64,000 nucleotides of DNA, taken from Octopus bimaculoides. Taxonomy: Eukaryota. The stretch is taken from NCBI RefSeq assembly GCF_001194135.2, contig NC_068986.1:7439286-7503285 (forward strand). The letters run 5' to 3'. The translations under genes were made by a program, and so were the position numbers. The notes under the pieces were generated by a model that worked only from the letters and a program-made list of their open reading frames with translations, searched no databases and was not told where the DNA came from. This document shows positions 39,181-53,220 of this stretch, in pieces (positions within the stretch are counted from its first letter, which is position 1; the number at the start of each line of letters is the position of its first letter).

Positions 39181-39334
39181 AAATCCATCAAAGCTTCAAG
39201 AGTCTTGGTCATAGTAATAACGTAATGGTAAGAACGCTGCTGCTATCGCGCTATAGTGTTGCAAAGGATCATGGGAATGTCAACGATGGATTTATAGAAA
39301 CACATACAACAGATAAACCCTGGTAAATTTCAGG

Positions 39335-39560
39335 ATTTATTTTATGTGCTTGGTATTTATGTGTTCTGTCGTGGATTGTATTTCGCTATCAGTAAATCTT
39401 CCACAGTTATTGCTTCATTTTTCCGGATCTTTCTATAAAATTGCTTTGCTGTCAGTGTCTTCTTCAATTTTATATTTCGTGCACATTTTCTATTGATTTA
39501 CAATAGCTGCATGTTGCCATATTTTTTATCTCTTTCTCTTCGAACACTCAATGTCCACGT
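39335..39560 (-). mobile_element. Possible PLE GIY-YIG C-terminal relic
   Basis: KCARNIKLKKTLTAKQFYRKIRKNEAITVEDLLIAKYNPRQNT* resembles the …ExxxIxKyxPxLN end of PLE ORFs (by eye). Confidence 0.4.
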
Positions 39561-41139
39561 GTTAGTGCTTGCTGTTATTTGAATAATCAAAGGAGAAAAT
39601 GTGGATAGCAAGATGAGAAAGAGAGAGATTTGTGGAAATGATAATACAAATTAGGTATTAAATAAATCAGACTAATCAGTAATCTATGAATCAATTGATT
39701 CCGATCACACCATTCCAACCACCTCCTTTCATATATCAAATTGTAAGATGACGATAATATGGATGGGGGTGCTGATCGTCAGCATCCTTCCCATCATTGT
39801 AGGGAGAGATATGTGCATAAAGTCAATCGTCTTGATGATTTGTAGAGTGATCATTATAATCAATAAAATATTTATTTCTATTTTTATATACATTAAGCAT
39901 TATTGTTAAACATGTTGTTTACTGTTTGCTTATTTTTGGATATCTAATTATGCTGATTGTTTCTAGTTTTCATCATTTCAATAAATCTCATTAATATTCG
40001 ATTATATTTGTAGAAAGAAAAAAAAACACTCACAAAGCAAACACGCCGCCGACTAATTTCAATGAAAATATCAAGAGATAAAGTTACATTGTTGACATTA
40101 AAATATTTATTTATGCCATCGTAGATTTCAACATTTAATTCCAAATCGATTTTTCCATACGAATTTTTGAGAGGATTTTCTAGAAACAAATTGTTTTATT
40201 TCAATAAAAATCATTTCGGTAGTATATCTAATACATGTACATCAATATTACAAAATCAATCAAACGTTGTTATTTTCTATTTTTTTTTTGAAAGTTTGAA
40301 TAAGAACATTTACACGCAAGTGAGAAGGCATATGTAGTACTGAACAGAGAATGTTTCAACGATATGTGAAAATCTACTTATGTATCAGGTAGAAAACACT
40401 GCAAATATCGAGTATTTTCTAAGGTGTAATCTGGACAGATGTGGATGTAAATAAATACAGTTCTATTGTAGTTATTTACCTAGACATTTGCCTCTTTTTC
40501 TTCTGGTATCACTTAGCTTTACTACAGTATAGATATGTCTCTTATTGAGCACCCTACAAGGTAGATACCACCTCGTTGATCGACATTTTATTTCGACATT
40601 CACGCGGCCAACAACTATCTTTACAAGACAGTGGAAAATTAGCACTTTGGCTCGACAGAAAAAGTGATATTAGAAACAAAAATTTGTAGCGGCTGATGAA
40701 TGTAAAGTTGTGACTTAGTATGGATCCTTTGAAATACAGTTTTATAGATTTTTACCTTACAGTTTCTCCGTCGACAGATTTCGAGTACGTCTGTCAGATT
40801 CTCTTTCACAAATCTTACCAGGTTGTCACTGGTCTGCTTTGCCTTCTGCGCAGACACATTCCATTTGAGAGGGATTCCCCGATTTCTTTGTTGCCAAGAA
40901 ACATCCCCAATCTAACATTTTATATTTTTGTTTGTCGGAAAGACAAAATTAGAAAAGACAAGAGAAAAAAAGAATGAAGAGAAGAGACACGAGGATCAGA
41001 AAGTAATTGAAGACTTCCCAGAATGTGTGATGAAAGAAATCTGACAGATATACTAACAATAATATTGAAACTAAAGTGAAGATCAAATAAATAGTGCGTG
41101 TGTTTATTGGTAAAAGAAAATGACATCTACAACAATAAC

Positions 41140-41141
<2 letters not shown>

Positions 41142-41210
<69 letters not shown>

Positions 41211-41258
41211 GTCTGTCTGTCTGTCTGTCTGTGTCTCTGTCTCTCTCTCCGTCCGTCC

Positions 41259-41290
<32 letters not shown>
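41142..41290. repeat. (TATC)n/(TGTC)n compound microsatellite
   Basis: Direct observation. Confidence 0.95.
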
Positions 41291-41291
<1 letters not shown>

Positions 41292-41887
41292 GTAACCTAT
41301 ATATATATATATATATATATATATCTGATACGGCGTTCTCTCTAATCCTGTTTTAAATTAAGTTGATGCTAGTCTCTGCTGCACAAACTAATGTCTTTTA
41401 CGCATCTAATAAAGTTCTGCGCAACCGTTTGCTAGACGTTCTAAGAATAGTAAATACGTAATCACCTAAGCAAATTATCGCATTCGCTATGTTTTACATC
41501 CGAGTTGAACGCAATAATAACCTTTACTATATTTAGTTTAAATATAATATATATTGTTTCATTTTCTGTGTGGTTTCTCCAGTAAATATAAATCTTTGTC
41601 AGTATTGTACCATTGGATTATAAATGCTTATCATTTCTAATTGACGAAGAATTGATCTCATTATCTGAAAATTTCTGATGTCCCTCAAAAATCATTATCA
41701 CTTCTTTGCCTAGCGTTGTCATTAAGTACCAACCATCCTACCGCATAGTTTCTCTTTAGCTTTAGTTTAAATATCAGAACACTCTTTAGACGATGAATGA
41801 TTATATTCTCAGAAATATAGTTTTAAAATTCATTTGCTTTACGGGGTTCGGGTTAAATCAATGTGCTTCTTATTTTATAATACGTTG

Positions 41888-42010
41888 AAGAGTGGGGCTT
41901 ACTCGTTAGAACCTTGCACTCATGATAGATTGTGGTTTCAATTCCTGGACCTGGCGATATGTTGTGCCCTTGAGCAAAACACTTCATTTCACATCGCTCC
42001 AGTCCCCTCA
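41888..42010 (+). mobile_element. Old tRNA-derived SINE 5' relic
   Basis: Decayed A-box and B-box (gtttcaattcc), then gtgcccttgagcaaaacactt (CORE-like). Confidence 0.5.
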
Positions 42011-42172
42011 GATAGTAAAATTTCAGTAATCCTCCGACGGACAGGCGTCTCTCGTTCAGAGGATGGTGAATATATACGTCATACAATCCGGCCTTATTAG
42101 CCAATAGCTCGGAAAGGACCTTTGTTCCATTTTTGATCCAGTGATACAATCAACTGACGCCTTGACATGCTA

Positions 42173-42207
<35 letters not shown>

Positions 42208-42210
<3 letters not shown>

Positions 42211-42410
42211 TGGTGATTGTCTACTCCTTAAACAGAGTTTGACCGCCTCCTGCACCTACACCTTAGCCCCTTCATGGCGTCTGATGATGGGTGCCATTCG
42301 TCGAATTTGGTTCGATTTCACTTTCACTTGCCACAACAGGTCTTTGCAAGCAGAGTTTAGTGTCCAATGAAGTAAAGTTATGAATAAGTGGGCTGGCTAC
42401 GCCCCTGGCA
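42208..42410 (+). mobile_element. Interspersed repeat; second, truncated copy at about 61660-61738
   Basis: About 75-bp near-identical match ttgtctactccttaaacagagtttgacc…ggcgtctgatg; contains CTGATGA. Confidence 0.7.
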
Positions 42411-42420
42411 GAGGTCACAG

Positions 42421-42461
<41 letters not shown>

Positions 42462-42995
42462 ACCGTGGATATACTATACTGATAAGAAAACTGATTTAGC
42501 AGTTCTACCATCACTGCTCGACGCGTTTTGTCTGCTTGCAACACACCTTTGTGCTTTTCAGCTCTATAAGTCTTTGCGAGAATCTTTTTCAAGATGAATA
42601 CTGTAGTTTTGGACCTTTCGCTAGTATAACCAAGTTAAACAAGATATACAAAGTGCTATTCCGAGCTAATAATTTTTCCGTCCCTAATTACGTCAGCTAT
42701 TTGTAGAGGCAAAATTTGAGCATGCAAATGATAGCAGATACTAGCTACAGATGACGACGTGCAAAGGTACAAAAATCATGATTTAACAATTCTAGCATCA
42801 CTCCTAGAATCTTTTCGTCTGCTATTAATACACGTCTGCGCCTTTTAGCACTATACCGCCACACAAGAAGTTTTATCAAGACGAACACTGTGGTTTCCGT
42901 TAGTATATTCATGTTAAATACGATACATACAATACCATTCTGAACCCACACTGCTTCTGATAATTTTGAATTTAGAATTTACACACACACACACA

Positions 42996-43049
<54 letters not shown>

Positions 43050-43865
43050 NNNNNNNNNNNNNNNNNNNNNNNNNNNNNNNNNNNNNNNNNNNNNNNNNNN
43101 NNNNNNNNNNNNNNNNNNNNNNNNNNNNNNNNNNNNNNNNNNNNNNNNNNNNNNNNNNNNNNNNNNNNNNNNNNNNNNNNNNNNNNNNNNNNNNNNNNNN
43201 NNNNNNNNNNNNNNNNNNNNNNNNNNNNNNNNNNNNNNNNNNNNNNNNNNNNNNNNNNNNNNNNNNNNNNNNNNNNNNNNNNNNNNNNNNNNNNNNNNNN
43301 NNNNNNNNNNNNNNNNNNNNNNNNNNNNNNNNNNNNNNNNNNNNNNNNNNNNNNNNNNNNNNNNNNNNNNNNNNNNNNNNNNNNNNNNNNNNNNNNNNNN
43401 NNNNNNNNNNNNNNNNNNNNNNNNNNNNNNNNNNNNNNNNNNNNNNNNNNNNNNNNNNNNNNNNNNNNNNNNNNNNNNNNNNNNNNNNNNNNNNNNNNNN
43501 NNNNNNNNNNNNNNNNNNNNNNNNNNNNNNNNNNNNNNNNNNNNNNNNNNNNNNNNNNNNNNNNNNNNNNNNNNNNNNNNNNNNNNNNNNNNNNNNNNNN
43601 NNNNNNNNNNNNNNNNNNNNNNNNNNNNNNNNNAATGTACTAAAAGGCCTCTTTTGCCTCTTTTCGTGAACACGTTTCTCAGTTTTAGAAAATTCATTTA
43701 ACTACTACGTGGAATATTATTCATAGATAACTGCCTAAATGTTAACCTATCAGTTACAAAGTTAATATAATTAGTATTGAAATATATATATTTAATATTT
43801 ACAAAGCTTTGCTCAATATCAAATAATGTAAAGCCACTCCCTTCTATGTTATAGATGTGCAGAAA

Positions 43866-43994
43866 AGAAGAGGGTGTGTCCTATTGGACCATTTCACGCT
43901 TTCATTTCCGCTCTCCAGAGTAAACGTAGCCATCATTCTTCTACAATCAAACACAAGGTACATTCAGCTGCTATATGAAGTAGTTACAAAGTCG
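43866..43994 (+). promoter_or_regulatory. Candidate promoter and first exon
   Basis: GGGTGTGTC box, reverse CCAAT (ATTGG), Inr-like TCATTT, donors AAG|gtacat (43957) and TCG|gtgagc (43994). Confidence 0.25.
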
Positions 43995-46375
43995 GTGAGC
44001 CCCGTGGTGGACAGCTTTTTTTTGCATACTGGTGTTTTAGACGGCTCGGCCCTAGTCAAACGAACAGCGTAGATCAGAATAACTGTCATAAATTCAAATA
44101 TTGCAAAGAACCACTGTAGATACATACATACATACATACATACATACATGCATACATACATACATACATACATACATACATACGTACGTACATACATACA
44201 TAAATATACACACACTTATACACACGCACACGCGCGCACATACACACCCATACATGTATATATATATAGAGAGAGCGAGCGGGAGATATACATTCTCAAA
44301 TATTTATGCTCAATCGTTTTATTGTGTATATTTAATGATGTACTTTGACCCGACATATTGATTTGTGAAACTCCTAGACAACGTTTTCAATCGTCTTAGG
44401 TTATAACATGTGGAGGTCCAAAATATCCTTAAATTACAGTAAAAAATAAAAGAAAACAATTCCAAGAGAGAACATAGTTACACCGTTCTCACATATTACT
44501 TTCAAGTCATCGATCGCATCAATTCTTAATAATATATAACCAATTTCCTTACAGAGAATCCAATAGATATGACAAGTCTGATTGAATGGCTATTCATTAT
44601 TTACTATTTAAGCCAGCCGTGTTCATTGAATAACCATAAATATACTGAATACAAAAGTTGACATTGGATATTGAAAATAGAAATAGAAAGAATAAAGGAG
44701 CTAAATATTTTTCTATTTTTATTCTGTTCGACCTTGCCATTTTAATTCGGTGAAGAGATATCAATAGAAGAGGGATATAGACATAAATGCATAATTTATT
44801 AGTTTCGTGATACATTCTAATAAATGAACATTGGGACGTACTCGCGTAAGTTTTATAATAGCGTAAAATATATGAAAAGAAAAATAATAACGAAGATTTA
44901 CCTATCAGAATGTCACTTATTACCGACTGTCTCACTTTCAAAGTCTCATTTTCTTTTAGCTTATGATACAAGTAGGAAATTATGTAAATATATGTTCTAA
45001 CTTTCAGTTATGAGATAAGCTTTAGTTAATGTGAGATATATAAGTTTTTATTTGTCCTGTCACTGCATTAATTCATTGGAAATATGGAAATCATATAATG
45101 CTCTGACTAATTAGTCATCGGAGTTGTGCAAACACTGAGAAAGAATAGAATATTGATGAAAAATCAAATTTCATATTACATACATAACAATGTCAAGAAA
45201 CATTCAAAACAAAGCCGTAATCTAAAGGTGGAACATGCAGTCAAAAAGTTGAAACATTTCCAAACATTTTGGTAAATTGAAGATTCCTTATTTGGAATCG
45301 AAATAGATTCTCTACTTGTTTCCATTACAAAATACGATGTATCACAACAAGGAATTATATTTATCAGAGATATTTGATAATTCATATTCTTTACAACAAA
45401 ATAAAATAAAACTGTTTTTACACGATATATCTCACTAAAATCACTGAATATTCTTTATGACGCATCACTCATTGTTAAATGGAAACCAAATCAAGATCTT
45501 TCCGTTTGAACATATTTATCAAGTAAAATCTCTATACCGAGAGGTTAATACTGTTGTTTCTAGCTTTTGTTCTTTTTAGCTTCACTGACTGAATATAAAT
45601 AATTTACACATTTATTGTTTCGAGCCTGTTTTATGTATATCATTTACTCATTTTTAATAGGATTGTTAAATTTATATAGTACAATTTTTAAAGCCATTAA
45701 GCTGCTAATGTTTGTTTTCGAAATATTATAAAGCATCTCATGTGAAATGCCAATAAAACGTATATAATGTAGTCGAATAATAATAAATAATGTAAATTTG
45801 AGGTGTACTTTAGAAATTATATGTGTAACTGTAATATCTACACATCTCAGTATGTTTGTGTGTTGTTTGAAGTAATGTTAGTGTTAACAGATGTAGCGAG
45901 AATATAGTAATTGTTGGCGCCTACCTTTGTAAAATATTGTACATCTATTAATTAATCTTTCAAAAATCATAATTTTCACAAATACGCCGAAATTTTTGCT
46001 TCGTGAAGAATAGGAGGTCTAATAAGAAGGATCCATGCCCGGACTTGTTTCCGGTTCCGACCGATATATTTACAACAATCTTAACCATTGGACGTAATTA
46101 ATTCTAGTTGGTTAACTCTCTCTTTATTAATTAGATTTAATATGAAATGTTTGTTTTCATGTAGTTCACAACTGCGTAATTAATCTCAGAAATGTAATAT
46201 TATATAAGCTGATTCAATATATTGAAAAAAATCAGTCTAATTTGTCAACACACAAATAGTGCTACATACAAACATTCACACACATACGTACACATACATA
46301 CGCATACACTTAAAAACACATGCGCGTGTGCACACAAACATACAGACATTCAGACAGACAGACAGACAGACACAC

Positions 46376-46455
<80 letters not shown>

Positions 46456-46739
46456 ACACACATACACAAATACACATGTTTCCACATACATATATACACC
46501 TAGATTCAGAACCTCACAAACGCAAGCACACATATATGAGATGTACCAACGCTAAAACCGATTAAATCTCCAGTTTCCATATGAATCGTATAAACTCACT
46601 ACAAGGTTCAAGACTTTAAACCTAACTATCTGTAAGTCCGTCTTCGGCGGAAATCTTAGAATGAACAAAGTACGCAATAACCTGACTTCTTTAACTGATT
46701 TAACTCTGCGAACATGATGCCTACAGAAAAATACACACG

Positions 46740-46782
<43 letters not shown>

Positions 46783-47030
46783 NNNNNNNNNNNNNNNNNN
46801 NNNNNNNNNNNNNNNNNNNNNNNNNNNNNNNNNNNNNNNNNNNNNNNNNNNNNNNNNNNNNNNNNNNNNNNNNNNNNNNNNNNNNNNNNNNNNNNNNNNN
46901 NNNNNNNNNNNNNNNNNNNNNNNNNNNNNNNNNNNNNNNNNNNNNNNNNNNNNNNNNNNNNNNNNNNNNNNNNNNNNNNNNNNNNNNNTATATATATATA
47001 TATATGCACACATATATACGTGCATACATA

Positions 47031-48772
47031 TGTTGATTGCTCCATCTTCACAAATGATTACCGTCTCTGTCAGCTTCCTTGCTGTCAATGGTATCTCTGA
47101 CTTTCCATCTGTGACATCTCAGATGACTAATCCGTCCCGCTGCAGATCAGCACCGTTTGAAGGATAGGTGACAGACGAAGATCAAATATGATCCCTGTGA
47201 ACCGCCATATGTCACTTCAGACCTGAAATCGACATGCAATCCCTTTCACACACTACACCTGGTCCAGGAGGAAGGACGCTGCATACAGTTGATTTTTCAT
47301 GGGACTTCAGCTGGTTAACACGAAGTATACGCTTCACACCTTCTGAACTTTATGTTCTCTTTGAGGTTCTGATGACAGATCCACCGAAGTCAGCGATTTA
47401 GGCCCTCGTGTTCATGGCGGCTTTCTTCAAGAGTTTTACAACCGTCTCTTATACGCTTCCTCCACTCAGTTCTTTCGAAAGCAAATCCTTTACATTGATT
47501 TGCAGTTCTTTCAGTTATCTTTCATGCGGTCTTTGAACCTTTTGGGGGGTGGGGGTGCTGAAGACGCTTTCTAATGCACAGCTCACCGTAGAACAGCTAT
47601 TTTGGAATCCTATTATCTTCTATATATGCAACATGGCCTGTGTAGATATAATGGGTGAATGAATGATTGTGCAAGGACTTCTGTGTCAAGTGTTTTACTT
47701 TGCTGCTTGATGATAAGTATGCGTCTGAAACGTTTTTATGAAAGTGCTCAAATTGCTTGAGATGCTTACGGTGTACTGTCTATGTTTCAGAAGAGTAAAA
47801 ATAGAGCCGTTAGTATGCAAGCCTTGTAAATGCTCAGCTTGGTCATGTTGGTGATGCTGCGATTTTTTCAGATGCTCTTTCAAGCTTCCCGAATGTTACA
47901 GATGCTTTCTGAATGCGGTGCTGTATTTCTGCATCTAGGGAGCCATCTCTCGACATGTTGCCAAGGGAAACAAAAGTGTCAACTACATCCAGTTTTGTAC
48001 CGTATACTACGATATCTGATTCGACATACAGTTCACCTGATGCAGATGTGAACATAACCTTTTTTCAGACTTATTTTATGATTAAAGGCCAAGCACAAAG
48101 CAGAAAAACGATCCATAATGTGTCGTATGCCATCAGCAGTGTCAACCAAGAAGTCAACATCATGTGCATAAAAGGAATTGTTCAATCAAAGTTTGAAACG
48201 TTTCCGACTTGAAGTTGATCCTTCTCAAACTGAAGTTTCTGCCGGTAGTTTTGAGTTACAAGAGGATGCCCTTACCACAGTTGAGGAATGCATGTGCAAT
48301 CTGGACAGCAAAGAATACCGAAAAGAGTTGTGGGAACAGGAATGTCTCTAGACTTTACACTATTGTCAATCAGAACTTCATCAGACAACGTCCACTGAAG
48401 ACAAGCCGAATTTTCATGTCTCGCTGCAACCGCTTAAACATACAAACAGTTACAGGCATTTGACCTTTGTAAGGATTGTTCACAGGGCATCTCTGTTAGC
48501 AGTTTTCATTGAATCAACAAAAACTTACTCTAAAAGCACCTTTTGTATCTGTATAGCAGAGAGTATCATGTCGATTGTTCCTTTATGTGATCTAAAGACA
48601 CATCGTGATTCAGGGATGACTTTAGGACAGACATCTTCATTGAGCCGGTTCAACAAAAGTCTAGCAAGCACTTTGCCAAGAGCTTCAAGGAGTGTGATTT
48701 TACTGTGGTGATGGCAACTTCCTTTTTCTCCTTTTCTTTAAACAAAGACAGAGAATGCCATCAGTCCAATCT
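47031..48772 (-). mobile_element. RTE-clade LINE 3' relic (RT, C-terminus, 3' end)
   Basis: VIPESRCVFRSHKGTIDMILSAIQIQ, RDALWTIL, DVVDTFVSLG…RDGSLDAEIQHRIQKASVTFGKLE; many stops and frameshifts. Confidence 0.9.
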
Positions 48773-48849
48773 ATACGTTCTTAAATATTTCTATTTCTTT
48801 AATAAAACTTGTCTTTCACCTTTCCTTTTTAATTTCCCTTGTTATGGAA

Positions 48850-49280
48850 TTCATTCATAAACGTCAACATAAGGAATTTTGGTGGAACTTTCCTACCAAA
48901 GCTTCTACGAAGTTCTAACATAACAGTCTGGATAAACAAGACAATGTGTGTATCGTTATCGAAAATCAAAGAGAAGAAAAAGATTACTACAGATAACTGC
49001 TTTGAAATTTTAGTTTTTACCAATAATAAGTGGTGCACCTTGTTTTGTTCGTAAATGTTTAAGCTACAATCTGGGAAAGCTTTCCGAACAATAAATCAAC
49101 TAACTAACACGTTCTTTAAAAATATATCTGAAACCAGAACAGGCAAATATGCAAGTCTTCACTCAAGTTTAAGCTGTGAGTTTGGTTTTATCTATGTTCT
49201 ATCGACAGAGTTTTGTATCTTTGTTAGAAGCCAACTCCATCCTTACAGGAACGCTTCAAATAATAAAAAAATATAAGAGA
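48850..49280 (+). mobile_element. Old R4/Dong-like LINE 3' relic
   Basis: HKEFWWNFPTKASTK…CIVIE…IISGAPCFVRKCLSYNLGKL aligns with the translation of 63170-63550; followed by (CATA)n. Confidence 0.7.
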
Positions 49281-49615
49281 ACATACATACATATATACAT
49301 ATAGATGTACATATACACACACAAATATACATACAGGTACACACCAATATCCATCAAAAGCCTTCATACTTTGTTAGTGTTTGAATTCACACGTCATTCG
49401 TCGAACATCTCCTTTCCTTTAATTAAAGTCTTTCATCATTTCTCATTAATTTACAGAAATACCGATCAAATACCGATCGCTTCTAAATTACTGACGGATA
49501 GAAGAGCGACAACCACTAAAATTACTACTGTTGATACTATTACTGAAGGTTATACAATTACTACACCTCGCAGCCAGCTGCACCGCTAATTCTACTAGTG
49601 AGATTGCTGCTGCTG

Positions 49616-49693
<78 letters not shown>
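49616..49693. repeat. (CTA)n microsatellite
   Basis: Perfect run. Confidence 0.95.
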
Positions 49694-49983
49694 GCGCTGC
49701 AGCAGCTCAGCAACCATAAAAAAAAAGAGAGCAGCTGCGAGAACCATTTTCTGTAAGAAAATGTGAATTTCCAGAACTGATTTTATGAAAGATTGAATTG
49801 ACTTAATTTGTTTCAGTTTTATTTCCCCTTTTCCATTCAACCTATCTAAATCGTTTTATAAAACGACTGAAATCGGTAGCATAGTTAGGTATAAAAAATG
49901 GAAATACTTTTCTCCTTTTGGGCATGATAAAGTTCTCGAAGCATTTTCTTTTTCATTTTTTAAATACACACACACACACACAC

Positions 49984-50046
<63 letters not shown>

Positions 50047-50055
50047 TGTATGTTT

Positions 50056-50470
50056 GTATTGTTGTATTTCAGATGGTTATATTTTTTCCCCAAACAAACA
50101 CATGCGCTATACGTTTTCCACTCATTTATTACTGTTTTTATTCTTATATTTTAACTCATGTCCATTCTCCAGAAATCTTGTGTCACACATCTGTGACTTC
50201 TTCAGCAACACTTTTCATTTTCATGTGTGCTCTTGCTCCACTTACCCCTGTTATGCTCTTCTATGATGTGCGCACATAAAGATACACATCTTAGAAGAAC
50301 AAAATGGAATATGTGGAGCAAGAGCACACATGAAAATGAAAAGTGTTGCTGAAGAAGTCACAGATGTGTGACGAAAGTTTTATGGGCAACGTACATGAGT
50401 TAAAATAAAAGAATAAGAACTGTAATAAATGAGTGAAGAACAAATATACATGGTGCATGTGTTTATTTGG
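50056..50470. mobile_element. Inverted duplication of the 7599-type repeat (arms 50056-50270 and 50285-50470, 14-nt spacer)
   Basis: Arms are near-perfect reverse complements; hammerhead-like core at 50349-50376 (+) and a damaged copy on the other strand. Confidence 0.9.
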
Positions 50471-50509
<39 letters not shown>

Positions 50510-51984
50510 NNNNNNNNNNNNNNNNNNNNNNNNNNNNNNNNNNNNNNNNNNNNNNNNNNNNNNNNNNNNNNNNNNNNNNNNNNNNNNNNNNNNNNNNNNN
50601 NNNNNNNNNNNNNNNNNNNNNNNNNNNNNNNNNNNNNNNNNNNNNNNNNNNNNNNNNNNNNNNNNNNNNNNNNNNNNNNNNNNNNNNNNNNNNNNNNNNN
50701 NNNNNNNNNNNNNNNNNNNNNNNNNNNNNNNNNNNNNNNNNNNNNNNNNNNNNNNNNNNNNNNNNNNNNNNNNNNNNNNNNNNNNNNNNNNNNNNNNNNN
50801 NNNNNNNNNNNNNNNNNNNNNNNNNNNNNNNNNNNNNNNNNNNNNNNNNNNNNNNNNNNNNNNNNNNNNNNNNNNNNNNNNNNNNNNNNNNNNNNNNNNN
50901 NNNNNNNNNNNNNNNNNNNNNNNNNNNNNNNNNNNNNNNNNNNNNNNNNNNNNNNNNNNNNNNNNNNNNNNNNNNNNNNNNNNNNNNNNNNNNNNNNNNN
51001 NNNNNNNNNNNNNNNNNNNNNNNNNNNNNNNNNNNNNNNNNNNNNNAGTATTTCCAAACCTTGTTTTATTTTACTGGCGAAGACGGTTTTCACTTATGGA
51101 GGAATTACGTTATTCTGCAACAAATCATAGACAACAAACTCACCTTATAACATAAATTTATGCCTAAACTGAAATTTATTTAATAATTGTATAGTATATT
51201 GTTGCTTTTATACAATATCATATTATTTTAGAGTGATGTTGGCACCCAATAATCTTTTCAAATCTTGAGACATTGTTAAATAGCTAAACTACTTTAAAGT
51301 ATGTTACGTTTTAAATGAAATGTGCTGAGATCTTAAAGTTTAGCTCCAGTATCATCACAGGATTTGCTAGAACGAGATTGTTGGTAACTACGAACTGCTT
51401 CAAAGGTCCGACTCTCCATTTTTTCTCAGGGTTTTTATCAAAGGTTTTGCCATGGCAGCAAGGTAGAGATATTTTAGTACTGGGGTTTTCCTTCTCCTAG
51501 ATGGATTGTGTTGCTAGGCTAATTCTGAAATTTTCGAACCTCACAACTTGATGTAGTGACAGATGTTCTTAACTAATAATTATTTACGAATGAATCGAAG
51601 CATAAATTTGATGTCGGGTGATGTGACTGTTGGCCTCATCTTGTCGCTTGTCACGTTTTCGGAAACAAACTTTCACGTTTTTTTAAAAAAAAGAAATTAG
51701 TAAGAGAAACGAAAGAACAATTGGTCTTGAATACATAACGACTCGTTCTGTCAGGAACTATTTCTTCAATTCATATTATATATATCATGCTTCACTTGTT
51801 AACAGAAGGTAATTCAAATGATAGATATCAAAGTAAATATTCATGATTATTACATTTCTAGATGAAATACATAAGTTTGACGATTTAGAAATATTTATAA
51901 CTTTTACATATTTATATTTCAGTCTACGTATTACATATACTGTTTCATTACCTAAATAACTATTTCAAATTTTCGCGCGAGGCA

Positions 51985-52085
51985 TGGGCTTTTAGGGGGT
52001 TAGTCGATAACATCGATCCCAGCACTCGACTGGTACCTTATTTTATTGAACAAGAAAGAATGGAAGACCAAGTTGACCTCGACAG
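51985..52085 (-). mobile_element. SINE fragment (family of 24493)
   Basis: gtcgataacatcgatcccagcactcgactggtacc… is the reverse complement of the SINE body. Confidence 0.6.
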
Positions 52086-53129
52086 TTTCATCAAACAAAT
52101 AATAGTAAAATAAAGGGAAAATAATTTGGGAGATATAATTATAATCCAGTCTTATACTAAACAGTCAGTGGATACATGATGTACAAACATTCTGGGAAAG
52201 TCGTTTTCTTATAAACTGGAAATAAACCTGCATTTAGGATAAAACTTTTTAATTCATTAATTTGATTACTTAAATTACTCATTGTATTTTCTTTAAGCAA
52301 CAAAACATTCTGCTAATCAAGTGAAGGAATACGATATGCCTACAAAAAGCGGCAAAACTAGATTAATGAAATAAAATGAAAATGCGTCAAAGAAAGTGAA
52401 CTGTTTTGTAGAAATTGTTTGAAGCGTTCTGTTCTATGTGAGCGAGTCTATGTTGCGAGGCACAATGCTAATCAGGAGGACTAATTATAAATTGATTATT
52501 GATCTGATCAGGAAAAGCAAATCTCTGATTTTACTAATGACACTGGAGGTAAATAAATATTGATTACTAGCTTGATCAAAATACAAAATAACATGCTATT
52601 CTGAATAGATATGATTGAATATTAACCAATCGATTGAAAACCTCCCAAATAACCCTCTTAGTATTTCAGCAAATATAATTGGCAAAACTATTTTCATAGC
52701 AGTGAATATTTTCTCTTGATGAAATATAGAAGATTGGTGTTTTAGAAATAGTTTTAGACCATAAATATTTCTTATTTCAGTAAATGCTTTGCACATATTT
52801 CATTATATAAAAGATACAAATATAAAGGGAAATAGTAATTGTCGACTCTGTCTACAAAAAGAATTTGATAGAAATCGCTATTCAAATCAGACACAAACGA
52901 GAAACTAGTTGAAACAGCTGGAGTGATCTGAATAGCATGAATTAGTCAGTGATGAGATAATATAATTAAATATTTTATGCATAAACTGTGTGAGAAGAAA
53001 GCAACTTCAGTAGCAAAACCGGCATTTACTGAACAGTTAAACTGAATCCTTTGTTTTAAAGAAAGTTGAACATTTCAGAATATTTTACAGACAAGGCAAT
53101 GTGGCAAAGCTCGAATTTCAAATCACATA

Positions 53130-53220
53130 ATTCGAGGTACGTTCCCATTGTATGGCATCTTGGGCAAGTGTTTCTCCTATAGCCTCTAGTGGCCAATGGC
53201 TTGTCAATGAAATTATAAAA
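53130..53220 (+). mobile_element. SINE fragment (family of 20186)
   Basis: ggcatcttgggcaagtgtttctcctatagcctc matches 20257-20290. Confidence 0.7.

Noticed and set aside
48839-49276. Two consecutive in-frame ORFs suggesting a readthrough gene
   Set aside because: Other frames match the REL LINE C-terminus
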